From a virus (taxonomy: Duplodnaviria; Heunggongvirae; Uroviricota; Caudoviricetes), in the IMG/VR virus record IMGVR_UViG_2703718799_000022: a stretch of DNA of 8,378 bases. One strand, 5' to 3'. The notes beneath the pieces are model-generated. The model was not told the DNA's origin and searched no databases. It saw only the letters and a list, made by a program, of their open reading frames with translations. The stretch's first letter is position 1. Each line of letters opens with the position of its first letter. Both the position numbers and the translations under genes were made by a program. Positions 7,737 through 8,378 of the stretch are shown one piece after another.

Positions 7737-8378
7737 TCAACGAATACTGATGCCGGAAGCAGCTTTTTTGGTCACAATCACCGTACAATCGGTGATATTG
7801 CCTGCCCCCTGATTGCCTTTCTGGAAAATCTTAAACTCCAGAGTGACGCTACCACCACCACTAGGCATATCAATAACTGCACTGTAACTACCGGGAATGG
7901 CCCCTTTAGTTTCTCTGGATGCGATTAATACGCCGTTTTTGCGAACTTCAAAACCATAACCCGTGTATCGCGTGCCTCCTGGGTTATTTCCGCTCCCCGG
8001 ATCGTCATACGCTATACCGTTAAAAATAATGGGCGGAATAATAATCTGGCGGTCAAAGTTATGATCATCGCTGATGGTGACTGTAACCGTACCGTTTGGT
8101 GTTTCCGTGTTACCCCACGTACCGACTTTTTTCGGGAAGGCTTTTGATACAGCTTTAACGAAATCCCCTCTGACCTGGGTCGCCTCCAGCATGCCCTTAA
8201 TCGTACAGTTCTGGTTAATCGTGACATTGTTGAGCGTTCCTGAGTTCGCATTCACACTGCCACTGATATCCGCATTTTTAGCGGTCAGCTTTCCGTCTGA
8301 TGTCAGGGAAAATACCGGAGGACTGCCACCGCTGGTAATGGTGGGGGCCGTCAGGCGCTTCAGGAACACGTCGTTCAT
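7737..8378 (-). CDS. J: Tail tip host-specificity protein J, C-terminal ~213 aa only (5' part of the gene lies beyond the window end)
   Basis: Synteny J-lom-stf-tfa as in lambda. The motif 'LTAKNADISGSVNANSGTL.NVTI..NCTI.G' and terminal '...KKAASGISIR' resemble the lambda J C-terminal region as I recall it. The ORF reaches the window edge, so it is partial. Confidence 0.8.
   Translation of the reverse strand: MNDVFLKRLTAPTITSGGSPPVFSLTSDGKLTAKNADISGSVNANSGTLNNVTINQNCTIKGMLEATQVRGDFVKAVSKAFPKKVGTWGNTETPNGTVTVTISDDHNFDRQIIIPPIIFNGIAYDDPGSGNNPGGTRYTGYGFEVRKNGVLIASRETKGAIPGSYSAVIDMPSGGGSVTLEFKIFQKGNQGAGNITDCTVIVTKKAASGISIR

Noticed and set aside
7208-8251. ORFs 7208-7465 (+), 7556-7750 (+), 7578-7928 (+) and 8012-8251 (-), opposite or within lom and J
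   Set aside because: Shadow ORFs of lom and J; 7556-7750 and 7578-7928 also run across the J-lom terminator.

Overview
Mosaic lambdoid phage or prophage segment. Plus strand: an excisionase-like gene (33-284) and a tyrosine integrase (319-1599), then a visibly AT-rich ~1.4 kb stretch (1600-2979) that should contain attP and carries two small ORFs (a 37-aa hydrophobic peptide and a 77-aa protein), then a Pin/Hin/Gin-family serine DNA invertase (2980-3570). Minus strand, convergent on pin: a lambda-type tail fibre module of tfa (3668-4243), stf (4243-7002), lom (7067-7666, bracketed by two intrinsic terminators) and the 3' end of the host-specificity gene J, which runs off the window. Integrase and tail genes lying ~2 kb apart implies an intact attachment site, i.e. 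phage or excised gene order rather than the two ends of an integrated prophage. No rRNA, tRNA or CRISPR array was seen. I do not see a convincing multi-gene novel system; the best candidates for undescribed function are the small-ORF pair in the AT-rich region and the invertase that lacks an obvious invertible segment. All protein identifications rest on reading the translations and on recollection of known families, not on a database search.
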